Assembly: GCF_963921235.1 (NCBI RefSeq)
Contig: NC_086097.1
Coordinates: 152,336,001 to 152,400,000, forward strand
Source: Mobula hypostoma
Taxonomy: Eukaryota
Direction of reading: 5' to 3'
Length of the DNA: 64,000 bases
Each line of letters starts with the position of its first letter. The first letter of the stretch is position 1. Positions 26,350 to 38,539 of this stretch are shown piece after piece. The position numbers were made by a program, and so were the translations under genes. The notes beneath the pieces were generated by a model. That model was not told the origin of the DNA and searched no databases. It saw nothing but the letters and a program-made list of their open reading frames with translations.

Positions 26350-29300
26350 AATTTTGATCTTGACCTAGGTGTCATCTACATACCTGAACCATTGACTGTG
26401 TGATGCTCCATGGAGGTTGTTCACGACTGTCCTTTCTACTTCTTCCATGTATAAGTAGCTGTAATAGGAGATACCAGTGAACCCATGGACGCAACCGTCT
26501 TTCTGCCTGTAGAAGGCATCTTTCTTTTTGAAATAGGTAGCGTTGAGACAAAGGTTGAGTAGAGTATGACAACACCCATCAGCTACTTGCAATGTTGGGC
26601 CATCCATCTGACATCTTTACCCCAGCATCTGCACAACAGTGCATACCTTCGTTCATGCAAAGATAAGTCTAATCACCCTCCCCTTATTATCTCTACAATC
26701 CTTAATGACCCTCATGTGATTGCTATACCTTCAAACAACACACAAAGTTTGTAAGCCAGAAAGCTACCCACTGTGGATCAGAAGTGAAGAAGTCTCTCGG
26801 ATGTGTGGCAAACCATCTTCCAGACAGCACAGCAAGTCCAGTTGCCTTGATTTACTACTGCTTGATATATAATGACCTGGATGACTGAGCATCTTCATAG
26901 ACATATCAGGTTGGAGGAGCAGCATCTTATATTCCACCTGGTCTGACAGCATGTACCTTGATCTCTCAAACTTCACCATTCACAATTCACCATTCACCAA
27001 TTCCTGTTTCCCACTCTCACCTTATCTGCTTACTTGCCCATCACCTCCCCCTGGTGCTCCTCCCCCTTCTCTTTCTTCTATGGTCTTCTATCTTGTCTTA
27101 TCAGATTCCCTCTTCTCTAGCCCTCTCACCAATCAATTTCCTAGTTCCTTATTTCACCCATCCCCCCATCTTCATGCTCTAACTTTTTCTTCAGTCATGA
27201 TGAAGTCTTGGCCTGAAATGTTGACTGTTAATTCTTTTTCATAAGTGCTGCCTGGCCTGCTGAGCTCCTCTAGTATCTTTTGTGCATGTTGCTTAGATTT
27301 ATTGTCTTTGTTGTATCAATATGTTTTTTTTTGGTTTCCTAATCAATTCCATTGATTTAATGTAATGATGAAACGTAATTGGTATTGTTGCTTATTCACA
27401 TTCCTGATCTGCAGCAGGTATGAAATTACACCCTGGAGCATAATTATTTATTTTCAAGAAAAAAATTGAAAGACAACTTTTTTTTGATAAAACAGCAAAG
27501 TAAATGAGCCAAAGAATACACAGAATGTACAACATTGAAACAGACAGTGTGATGCAAGTATCTCTATACTGAAGTCTATATTCTAAAGGAGGCTCCATCC
27601 ATTTTGTTTGCCTTAACTAAGAAAGACTTCTGGTAATTCTTTCTAGAAGTACAATCAACTACTTGAAACTTCACAGCTGTGTTGGTATTTGGTAAGGTTG
27701 TGATTGACCTTCTACCTGAGTGACAATACCCTATATTAACTCCATGTTCCTTGATGCTATGAATATCCAAAAATCTATCAATCGTCATAACTATGCTCAG
27801 TGACTAAACTTCCAGAGCCTGCTTTGATAGAGAATTACAAAGAGTCACTATCTTCTGTGTCCGCAATTTCTTTTCACCTCTGTCTGGAGTGCTGGCCTCT
27901 TATGTTGAAGCTGCAAAGTCTGGTTCTACATCTCTCAGCCAGGGGAAAAGCAAGCCTGTATTAAAGCTGAGAATTCCTTTTGCCTCCCTCTTTCCTTTTC
28001 TTAGAGTTATAGAGTCATAGAGAAAAAACAACACAGCTACAGGACCTTTGGCCCATTTGGTCTGCGCTGAACCATTTAAACTGCCTAATCCCATCAATAT
28101 ATACTTGAACCATAACCCACCAGACCCCTGCCATCCATGTACCTTTAGAAACTTATTTTAAACATTGCAATTGAGCTTGCATGTATCATTTGCACTGGCA
28201 GCACATTTCACAGTCTTCTGACCTGCTGAGTGAAGAAGTTTCCCCTCATGTTCCCCTTAAACTTTTCACCTTTCACCCTTAACTCATGACCTCTAGTTGT
28301 AGTACCACCCAACCTCAGTGGAAAAAGTCTGCTTGCATTTAGCCTCCCTATACCCCTCATGATTCTGTATATCTCTATCAAATCTCCCTTCAATCTTCTA
28401 CATTCCAAGGAATAAAGTCCCGACATATCTTTCCTTATAACTCAAGTCCTCCTGTCCCAGAAAAATCCTTGTAAATTTTCTCTGTACTCTTTCAACCTTA
28501 TTTACATCTTTCCTGTAGGTATATAACCAAAACTGCACACAGTACTCCAAATAAGGCCTCATCAATGTCTTATCCAAGTTCAACATGCCCCCTGTCCTGT
28601 CCAGAAGACATAACGCCAAAAGCTATCTTTACGACTCTGTCGAACTGTGCCGTCACTTTCAATAATTATGGACCTGTATTCCCAGATCCCTTTGTTCCAA
28701 CGCACTCCTCAGTGCCCTACTGTTCAATGTGCAAGACCTACTCTGGCTGGTCCCTCTGAAGTGCAACACCTCACACTTGTCCATATTCAATTCCATTTGT
28801 CATTTTTCACCTGTTTTTTCCATCTGGTCCAGATCTGGCTGCAAGCTCTGATAGTCTTCCATGCAGTCCACTACACCCCCAATATTGGTATCATCCACAA
28901 ATTTGCTGACCCAGTTAACCACATTATCATTCAGATCATTGTTGACAAACAACAACAGATTCAGCACCAGTCCCAGTGGCACTTCACTAGTCACAGGCCT
29001 CCAGTCAGAGAGGCAAGCATCTACTACTACTCTCTAGCTTCTCCCACAATGCAATGTCTAATCCAATTTTACTACTTCATCTGGAATGCAAAGTGACTGA
29101 ACCTTCTTGACCAAGCTGCCATGCAGGACGTTGTTAAATGCCTTGATAAATTCTATGTGAACACCATTTATTGCCTTGCCTTCATCACATTTCCTGGTAA
29201 CTTCTTTGAAAATCTCTATAAGATTAGTTAGACATGACCTTCCATGCACCAAGTCATGTTGACTATCCCTAATCAGTCCATACCTATCCAAATACTCATA

Positions 29301-29398
29301 TATCCCATCCTCTAGAATACCTCCAAATAACTTGCCCACTACTGATTTTAGGCTCACTGGCCTATAATTTCCTGGTTTGTTTCTCGAGTCTTTCTTAA

Positions 29399-29717
29399 AG
29401 AGGGCATGTGGCCAAATGGTTAAGGCATTCAACTAGCAATCTGAAGGTCGTGAGTTCGAGCCCCAGCTGAGACAGTGTGTTGTGTCCTTGAGCAAGGCAC
29501 TTAACCACAAGGACAGGTGCTCTGCAATGACACTGGTGCCAAACTGTATCAGCCCTTGCCCTTCCCTTGGACAACACTGGTGTTGTGGAGAGGGGAGACT
29601 TGCAATATGGGCAACTGCTGGTCTTCCATACAACCTTGCCCAGGCCTGCGCATTGGAGAGTGAAGACTTTCCAGGCACAGATCCATGGTCTCGCAAGACT
29701 AACGGATGCCTTTATTT
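29399..29717 (+). mobile_element. tRNA-derived SINE with CORE-like domain and RTE-derived body
   Basis: A box TGGCCAAATGG, B box GAGTTCGAGCC and CORE-like gtgtccttgagcaaggcacttaacc. TSD tttcttaa (29391-29398 and 29718-29725). Removing it restores the CR1 frame LLKKDSRNKPGNYR. Confidence 0.88.
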
Positions 29718-29832
29718 TTTCTTAAGCAGCAGAACAACATTGGTCATCTGCCAATCCTTCAGCACCTCACCTGTGGCTAAGAATGATTTAAATATCTCTC
29801 TAGGGCCTCAGCAATTTCTGCACTTGCAATTT

Positions 29833-30161
29833 CTTCAGGGTTCTGCTAGTCACTGGTTATGGCCTTTCCAGGGTGCAAGCTAGGGCAGAATTGATATGGA
29901 GATCCATCTATTGCCCACGCAGCGGGGGCCCCCCCCCCCCCCACCATGCTGATGACAGGTCCAAAGGAACAACGAAAGCCTATACAGTTTGGTGCCAGCA
30001 GCATCGCAGGAGTTGCCGTGCCAGTGCTGGGTACAGCAGTCAGCCACCTTCGGGACTCCGACTCTGGATTTTTCCCCGGGGTTTACTCCCAAAGCCTTTC
30101 CCGTAAGCAAGTTTAGCCACAAGGCAGCAGAGGTTTGAAATCAGAGTTTTCCCTCTCCTAA
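29833..30161 (-). mobile_element. RTE-type 5' UTR fragment or RTE-derived non-autonomous element
   Basis: Minus strand ggagagggaaaactctgatttcaaacctctgctgccttgtgg...gggagtaaaccccggggaaaaatcc resembles RTE/BovB-like 5' UTRs. It shares a segment with the adjacent SINE body. Confidence 0.6.
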
Positions 30162-31117
30162 TCTGTACAAGAGCCCACGAAGTAGATACCATTTTGCCTC
30201 ACTTCTATAGACCCTGTATCTGTCTCAGGAGTATGTACAGATACAAAAAACAAATACATTTAAGATCTTCCTCATCTCTTTTGGCTCCATGCGTAGATTA
30301 CCATTCTAATCTTCCTGTGGACTAACTTTGTCCCTTGCAATCCTTTTGCACTTTTTTTTCTTGCATATTGATCTAATTTTCTCTGAAAGAATCTCAGCTG
30401 TTTGCTTTACAATGCTTTTGGCAATAGTTCCTCATCCTAAAGAATATCTGAATAAAACCATATTTATAATTGAACTGGTAACTTTCTTGTATTTATGATT
30501 TCTTCTTCTGGATTGACATCAATTGCAGTAATTTGATTTCTACTGTGCCTTTAGCACATCCTAAAGTTCTTCCTGGCATCATTATCAAACGTATACATAT
30601 TTCAGGACACAAAAAGACCAAATATTTGGTCAAAGAAATGGATTTTCTTTTAGAAAAGCAAAATGTCACAAGGAGAGATTTCCAAAACCTAATTTGAGAA
30701 CATGTGACTCGGAGCTGGAGGAATACTGGGAGTTAGGGCATGTCATCAGGTTTTGGATGATCTCAGGTTTTTAGAGTAGAAAGAGGCTAGTCAGCAGTGT
30801 ATTGAAATAGTTAAGTCTGGGCATGGTTTAGAAGTGGTTGACCTGGTACTAGCATGTGGAAGAAAAACATATCTGTAATGTAGTTCGAGGTTCTTTTGAG
30901 TCAAACATGATAACAAGTTGAAGAATATTTAATAAGGTATTAAGAGGCAATAAAAGAAGGCAAATAATATAATTAGAGGTGTTGAGGGCAAAGATAATTT
31001 ATAACTAGGTTAATGAAGTTCAAAAGGTATGATTGTTGTTTGATCTAAATTAGAATAACATTTTGAGTACTACACTTTAATTAGAAAAGTGGGTTAAGTA
31101 TGTTTAGATTCACTAAA

Positions 31118-31410
31118 AATCAGAATCACATTTAATAGCGTGATATTTGTTGTTTTGCAGCAGCAGTACATAAAATTACTATAAATATATGAAATAAGTA
31201 AATAGTGCAAAATTAAATGAATGAAGATTTATGGACCGCTCAGCAATCTGATAGTGGAGGGGAAGGAGCTGTTTCTGTATCATTGAGTGTGGGTCTTCAG
31301 GTTCTTGTGCATTCGTCCTGATGGTAGTGATGTGAGGGTCCTTAATAATGGATGTCAGCATCTTGAGGTACCACCCCTTGAAGATGTCCTCAGTGATGGG
31401 GAGGGTTGTG
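31118..31410 (-). mobile_element. Rex1/Babar 3' end
   Basis: (AATCAG)n tail. Minus strand reads SIIKDP..TIR..NSFFPSTIRLLSG-like. Confidence 0.75.
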
Positions 31411-31591
31411 ATGGAGTCATAAAGTATGTGATAAGAAACTCTAATGAAGAGGAACTAGATGTTTTTCCCACTAAACAAAGAAAGTTCAGAGATAATCTGC
31501 AGCTTGTTCAAACAATTAGAGCTATTGAGATGAAGTAAGAATTATTTTATTTATTCAAACATAATTTCTGAATAAATAATCTCTAATTGCA

Positions 31592-31750
31592 GCACACACA
31601 AAATGCAGTGGAAACTCAGTAGATCAGAAAGGATCTATGGAGGGATAAGACCAATCAATGTTTTGGGCTGAGACCCTTCATCAGGACTGGAAAGAAGAAG
31701 GCAGAAGCCAGAACAAAAAGGAAGGATGAAGGAAAGGGGGCACAAGCACA
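31592..31750 (-). mobile_element. Penelope family A pseudo-LTR fragment with decayed hammerhead
   Basis: Minus strand 31651-31690: ccagtc CTGATGA agggtctcagccc AAAA CA TT gattgg (G12>A). Confidence 0.7.
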
Positions 31751-33718
31751 CAAGTAACTGGAAAAGCTTTAAGATAGTCATGAGAAGAATGAAAGAAACA
31801 CAAAATATTTTGTATGAAGAGCTGTTGAGAAATGTCTTAGTAATAACCAAAAATGAAACAGACTCTTAAACTAAGAATTAAAAGAGGAATGAACGAATGT
31901 TATGGAAAATTATCCTCCTGATTCTGGGGGAGCAGGTGGGTGATTTCAGACTACATGTATTTAATGAGAAAGAAGAAATGAGACATATGGTAATCTAGAA
32001 TTAAAAGCTAGCATGTTTATGTATGCATATTCCTTTGTGATAGGGATTGTAACATTGTGACATTTGGAAATATGGGCAACAATGTTTTTAATAAAATTTT
32101 CTGCAGAACAAAACAGCAGTATAGTTTGACAAGACCTGAAATATCAATGAAAGCAAAAGGGCAGTATCTATACTTGAAAGAGAGAGTAGCCTTTGTGCTC
32201 AAGAAGAAATTCTGTTAATTTTTGCATGGATTCTCCAAATGGTATTTTATAATCTAGTCATTGTTTCCCTGAACCCTGGAAGAATAACAATAATTATACT
32301 TGAGTTGTTTCCTCCAGTGTTTATATGAATCCTCACCAAAGATAGATGATGGAGTAAATACCTCTAACATTAAATGTCAAGTTGCCCTTATGAACTCTAA
32401 AATGATTAGTTGTCACTGGGATCTGAGTATCACTTAAAAGGCTGTGTTTATTATCCATAGGCTTGTATATTCAATTGGAGCCTTGATAAGGCAAGATCTG
32501 ACAAAGATATTGCTCATCTTCAATTAACAATATTTGTATATAGAAACCTACTACATATCACTTTTTAAGTATCAGTTCTTGCAATACATGATCATAACTG
32601 TTATAGCTAATATAAATTTTACAAAACACAACAGTTTCACCAATTAAGTACTCAATTCTCTTCTTGCCCCATACCCATGCAAAATTAGGTTCAAGGTAAA
32701 TCTTATTATCAGAGTACAGGTATGCCACCATATACAACACTGAGATTCACTTTCTTGTAAGCATCCTCAATAAATCTATAGAATAATAACCAAAACAGAA
32801 AGAATGAAAGGCCACCCAACCAGAGCATTCAACCACAGTGCAGAAGGCAACAGAATATGAAAATACAAAAAGAAAGAATAATAATAAGTAAGCAATAAAC
32901 ATGAGATGAAGTGTCCTTGAAAATAAGTCCACTGGTTGTGGGAACATTTCAATGATGGGCGTGAAGTTGAATGAAGTTATCCCCTCTGGCTCAAGAGCCT
33001 GATGGTTGAGGGTTAGTAACCGTTCTTGAACCTGGTGGTGTGAGTCCTGAGGCTCCTCTACCACCTTCCTGATGGCAGCAGTGAGAAGACAGCATATCCT
33101 AGGTGGTGCAGATCCCTGATAATGGATGCTGATTTGCTGCAACAGCGTTTCATGGTGACGTGATCACTGGTTGGGAGAGCTTTACTCATGATGGACTGGA
33201 CCATTTCCACTGGTTTTTGTATGACTTTCAGTTCAAGGACATTGGTGATTCCATACCAGGTCATGATGTATCCAGTCAACATACTCTCCACTACCCAGCT
33301 ATTGAAGTTTGTCAAAGATTTAGATGTTATGCTGAATCTCTGAAAACTTCAAAGGAAGTAGAGCTGCTGTTGTGTCTTCTTCATAATTGCACTTGTGTAT
33401 TAGGCCCGGGAGAGTTCCTCCAAAATAATAACACGAAGGAATATAAAGTTGCTAACCCTCTCCACCTCTGATCCTCTGAGGACTGGCTCATGGATCTCTG
33501 ATTTCATTCTTCTGAAGTCTATAATCAGCCCTTTGGTCTTGCTGACATTGAGCAAGAGATTGCTGTTATTGCAGCATTCAGCCAGGTTTTCAATTTCCTT
33601 CCTATATGCTGATTCAACACCACCTTTGACTCAGCCTATATCAGTGGTGTTGACCGCAAACTTGAAAATGGCATTGGAGCTGTGTAAAGGGAGTACAACA
33701 GGAATCTAAACACACAGC

Positions 33719-33835
33719 AACACACATCAAAGTTGCTGGTGAACGCAGCAGGCCAGGCAGCATCTGTAGGAAGAGGTGCAGTCGACGTTTCAGGCCGAGA
33801 CCCTTCGTCAGGACTGCAGAATTCCTGTTGTTTGC
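33719..33835 (-). mobile_element. 117-nt young Penelope family A pseudo-LTR insertion with an inverted end piece
   Basis: 15-bp TSD atctaaacacacagc (33704-33718 and 33836-33850). Nearly identical to 59079-59175. 33814-33835 is the reverse complement of the element terminus seen at 59041-59061. Confidence 0.93.
33777..33818 (-). ncRNA. Intact minimal type I hammerhead ribozyme (dimer-requiring Penelope type)
   Basis: Minus strand: tgcagtc CTGACGA agg gtctcgg cct GAAA CG TC^ gactgca. 7-bp stem I, full core, and a loopless palindromic ACGU stem III. Confidence 0.85.
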
Positions 33836-36724
33836 ATCTAAACACACAGCTTTGTGGTGCACCTGTACTGATGAAGATCATGGAGGAGATGTTGCTAATT
33901 ACAGTTGACTGGGGTCTGCAAGTGAGGAAATTAAGGATCCAATTGTACAAGGAGGTATTGAGGTCAATTAGTTTCGAGGGGATGATGGTATTGAATGCTG
34001 AACTATCGTCGATAAAGAGCATCCTGATGTATGCATCTTTGCTGTCCGGATGTTCCAGATGTTCCAGATGGCATCTGCTGTGGACCTGTTGTCCGGAAGG
34101 CAAACTGAACTGGATATAAGCTGCTTCTCAGGCAGCAGTTGATGTGTTTCAATACCAGCCTACCATAACACTTCATCACTGTGAATGTAAGTGCTACTGG
34201 ACAATAGTCATTGAGGCAGGTCACTCTTCTTGTGCATGCTTGAAGCAGGTCAGTATCATACACTGCTGTAGTGAGTAGTTAAAGATCTCAGTGAACATTC
34301 CAGCCAGTTGATCAGCACAGGTCTTTAGTACTTCGCCAGATACTCAGTCTGGGCCTTATGCTTTTTGTGGGTTCACCCTCCTGAAGGCTGTTCAAACATT
34401 GGCTTCAGAGACTGAAATCAGAGGATCATCGGGGTATGTGGGAGTTCATGATCGTTCCTCAATGTCTTGAGACAAAGTGAGCATAAAGTGAATTCTCATC
34501 TGTAAGTGAAGCCCTGCTGTCTCCTACTGTTGCTTGATTTCACTTGATAAAGAGCTGATAGTATTCAAGCCCTGCCACAACTACTGAGCATCATTTGTAG
34601 GTTCAGCTTTGGTTTGAGATTGCCACTTCACTCATGAAATTGTTTCTGGTGATTGCACCTGGACCTCTTGTAACTTTCCTAGTTACCAGACTTGAATGCT
34701 TCTGATGTGGCTCTCAGCAGATTTCAGATATCATGGTTCATCTACGGCTTCTGTTTGGGGAAGACTGGGTGATTTTGTGGGACCACACTCGACTACAGTT
34801 GGCTTAAAAGTCCATTACAACCATGGCGTATTCATTCACGTCTATAGATGAGTCCTTGAACACAATCCAGTCCACTGACTGAAAATGGCCCCCATAGCCT
34901 CTCCTCTGCCTCTTGCAACCACCATTTTGTTGTCCTTAGCTCTGGAGCTTTGGTCTTTAGTCTCTGCCTGTATACAAGTAGGAGAAGGACAACTAAATGA
35001 TCAGATTTGCTGAATTGTGTCGGGGCATGGAACAGTAGGCATTTCTTGTCTTAGTATAGTAGTGGTTTAGTGTGTTGGGACCTCTGGTGCCATACGTTAT
35101 AAGCGGATGGTAATTGGGCAGGGTTTGCTTCAAAGAAGTCTGGTTTGAACACTTTTATAAAGGAAAGTTGGAGAGTTAATAGCGGTGTGGGAGGCTGTGC
35201 GGAGCTAGTGGAATTTAGATTATCTCCTTTCATCTTCTGCTTTTGTCCATCTACTGAAGGCAAGGACCGTTCCTCAAGCTGTGCATTGTGGTTTACATCA
35301 TGATGGCAGGTTTGCATTTTGAAACCTGGGGCACAGGATGCTCCTTCTGGTCCGTCTCCAGACACCCCTTTCACAATCCATTGAAGAATCCATTGAAACT
35401 TTTTTTTTGAAGCATGGCGCATGTCTTTGCTGAAATTTTCTCTCCAAACACAAGTTATAATATTATGAAAGAATTGGAATTGCTTTCAAATATTTGTGCA
35501 TGAACTTTTAAAAAACTTTTCAAATAAATTGCTTATTGATTGCAATACTTTGTTCAGCTTTTGCTGTTTGAATAAACTGATGTGATGAAACATTTGGTAA
35601 ACAGATCAAAGAAGATTCATTGTGGACAGGCTTACAGTGGCAATAACCAACTATTCTCTGGCCTGCCCGTCCTCCTGCAAATGAAGTAATAAGTGGAAGA
35701 AATATTGTTTGTGGAGATAAAGGGCTAAAATTATGTCTTGAATTTAGAAAACAACTCTACACTAGGGGGGAAATTGGTTTCATCCAGCATCACAGGACGG
35801 TTATTTTTGTTTGCAAACAATGTACAGGAAATCTTGTGTTTATGCAATGTGATGGTCCTGGCTTTAGCTTATTTATTCACAATTTCAGGAGTCACAAGAG
35901 GTTTATGAAGATGCATGTATAATGCCCTGTTGTGGCAGGAGATTCTGGAGCACTGATTCTCCAAGTGAAGTGGTCTCATCCCTGTGGATCAACTCATTAT
36001 GAATGGCAAACTGTGCTTCCCTAAAGAAGATTAGTTTATTAGAGTGGTGAATATAGACAGTTGGAGCAAAACATTGACTATTCCATACCAACGAATGCCA
36101 GACATGAAAAGTGTTCAAAGATCTGGACTTTCTGAGAGGTATCCACATGCACTTTTTTCTGATGGACTCCTAACAAATGTTCATTTAAGAAACACTCCAA
36201 TGGATCTGCTTCCTTTTTAAACCTGCACACCTGGTTTAGGCAAAAACTGATTCCCAAATGTGGCTATTGCATCTTCAGTGACTGAATAATGATAGATTTT
36301 TTTTACTGTTCTTGCATACTGACATTATGGTAGCAACCCAATTTTCCATAATGCATAGTGTGCAAGAAAGCTTCTGTTGAATAGCCTTAGTTTGCACTGT
36401 GTCAGTCATACAGCTGACATGTACCAACGTATTGAAATACTGCGTCAATTACTTTTATGGCTTCTATCTATCACTATAGCAATTAATGTTATCAGAGATC
36501 ATTTATAGATAAATGGGTAAGTGGCCCCGTGGTGAAACTTAAACTAGGTGCAGGCCTCAATTGCTTAAAGATCCACCTCGGCGGTTGCTAATTCAGTCTT
36601 TTGTGACTATGTTTGAAGAGGTAACTGAGAATGTATGAAACTATTATTTCATTATCAAAGTGTTGATGATTCAAACAAAGAGAATGTCTATGTCTGCCAA
36701 GTTATCGAAGTTATGAGGTGTTAA

Positions 36725-36840
36725 TAGAATATAGAACACTACAGCACATGACAGGCCCTTTGGCCCAATGTGCCAACATTTTAGCCTACTCGAAGACCAA
36801 ACTAACTCTTGCCTCCTACATAGCCCTCCATTTTACTCTC
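36725..36840 (-). mobile_element. CR1 extreme 3' fragment
   Basis: atagaatatagaacactacagcacatgacaggccctttggccc matches the reverse-complemented CR1 tail and hairpin. Confidence 0.65.
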
Positions 36841-38539
36841 AGTTACCCAGTAATTCCAGCTGGAAATATCCAGGGATGTAGAAGATCAGATTAAGTTTGT
36901 TTTAGCTCTGAGGAAATTAAGATTGGAGGAGATGTCAATACCAATGGGACCATACATCAATAAAGGTTACCAGAGAATGAGAAAACTTGATATAAAGAAC
37001 AAAACCATTAAGAAAATAACAAAGTATTCAAACAATTTTTCTCTCATTAATTTAAACAGATTGGGCAAATTTATTGTAAGAGGTGAGGAAATGTCCTAGG
37101 ATTGTGGTTCGCAGTTGTGGCTATTGGGCCAACCACAATGAAACATTTGTGAAACTAAAAGATGAAGGTAATCATTTCATAAGAGGACACAAGTAATTGA
37201 GATATGTCTAGTGAAACTGGCTGTTGATCAAGTGAGAATGAAGACCTGCATTTTCAGTTTAATTTCCAGGTCTCAGGTATGATCCAGCAATGCAATATAA
37301 CCAGTAATGCAATCAATAGTCTCGCTGGCTGGGTTTTGTGAAAGGTCAAACAAGCTGGAGAAGATTCTTCAAGTGAATGCACTGCTTAACAGTAGTGTAG
37401 GAATCCTGCCCGATTTTCCTTTTTCCGGTCTAATGACAGCAAAGCATGCCAGGCACACACACTAAAGTGATTAATATTTATTTATGTCTTGCATAACCCA
37501 ATCGATTAAACTGAAACAAATACCACTACAGTCATGCAAAGTCTGGAAACTGGAGCATCTTGCATATCAATTGGCCTACAGACAAGTTAGTAAAATTGAA
37601 ATCTATTGAATCGAGAAGCATGAATAGGGAATGGGTTGAAAGCAGAGAGTGGTGCTGGAAGATTGCTTTCCGGCTACAGAATGGAAGGCAAAAATTATCC
37701 CAGGGTGCTGATGTGGGGGCATTGAATTTTGTTAGTGATTAATATGTAAAAATATAGAAGATAGCTTTTAAATGTTCTCTCATGGCCATCGCTAAGAACT
37801 AATAAACAAATGTGTATGTAGTGCAACTGAAGATGTGTATATAAATAATGAAAAAGCATTTTCATACTGTATATTGTATATGAAAAATATGATATATAAA
37901 TATATAATACTTCTAGGCAATATATGAGGCACCATCAACTATGCTGATTTCATATGAGGATTATGAACATATTAAATATTAAGAAACATTAGTCAGTTGT
38001 GTATTTCTGACAGGAGCATTCATTGCTATATCTGCTCTGTTGATGTAGCATTCAGTCATTGAGCAATTCGTGAATATTTGCATTGGCTTCATTCATTTGA
38101 ATTTTTTACCTTCTCTTTGCATTTCTCTCACTTTTTTTGCCTTGATTTTTGTTTTGGTTTTAAGCGGCCTTTTTCTGCACTATAGTGTTCTATGACTCTA
38201 TGGAATCTAACCTCTCAGAAAAGCAAAACAAACGTGTTATCAAGTCTCTCTCCTACCCTGTTAATTTTCTTGTAGCCTTCATGGGGAAGTGAATAGAAAT
38301 TTGAGACTAATAAATTCCACTTTTTCAGGTGGAGTTATTCTTTTTGCAAAAGCATTTTTCATATCATTTCTTAATCATTCCCAGGTTTGATTAGAGATTT
38401 AAAAAATGGTTATCTGCTACCAGATGTGTGAAACAGTCCCACAAGACATGTTGGCGAGCAAGACTGAGGAAACTGAATGCTCATTAATTAAAATAAATGG
38501 TAATGAGATAATAAGCAGAGAACTATACGAAAATGGCCG

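Larger units (their letters stand above)
22995..26905 (-). mobile_element. Penelope-like family B (Poseidon-like): RT plus GIY-YIG with inverted pseudo-LTRs; interrupted by CR1
   Basis: RT: CLNATYF..FYRQKDGC..YMEEVE..WFRYVDDT (26365-26607). Thumb: SHHPLERKLRVIRTL..ACGYPDWAF. GIY-YIG: KQSNIVYSIQCVEYCTDLYIGETKQ (about 23496-23567). About 105-bp inverted repeats at 22994-23097 and 26764-26868. 13-bp TSD tcaggttggagga (22982-22994 and 26906-26918). Confidence 0.92.
22838..27297 (+). mobile_element. Penelope-like family A fragment, inverted relative to 22088-22835 and split by Penelope B (A sequence: 22838-22994 and 26906-27297)
   Basis: HLCSTCLKKWDLPVTTHFDSTSHSHSDMSVHGFLYC...RLE | EQHLIFHL resumes at 26906. 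Eroded hammerhead at 27192-27227. Terminus gctgcctggcctgctgagctcctctagtatcttttgtg. Confidence 0.85.
28001..30352 (-). mobile_element. CR1 LINE fragment, interrupted by a SINE and an RTE fragment
   Basis: Minus-strand ORFs KPGNYRPVSLKSVVGKL, KFVDDTNIGG, LEYCVQFW and RGNFFTQ. Tail agagttatagagtcatagag. A further upstream piece lies at about 30235-30352. Confidence 0.88.
32686..35050 (-). mobile_element. Rex1/Babar LINE, end of endonuclease through RT to 3' UTR; disrupted
   Basis: [65 protein letters not shown] and LLPSGR. SKSDH (end of APE) near 35000. Confidence 0.93.

Noticed and set aside
22088..27297. Large DNA transposon with long TIRs
   Set aside because: The inverted ends are Penelope pseudo-LTR/GIY-YIG arms. 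There is no transposase and no outer TSD was found.
29402..29475. tRNA gene
   Set aside because: A and B boxes are present, but the sequence continues into CORE-like and RTE-like sequence and is flanked by a TSD. It is a SINE head.
35885..36000. Possible exon after tttcag (ESQEVYEDAC...)
   Set aside because: The frame closes soon, the peptide is unrecognised and no clear donor was found.
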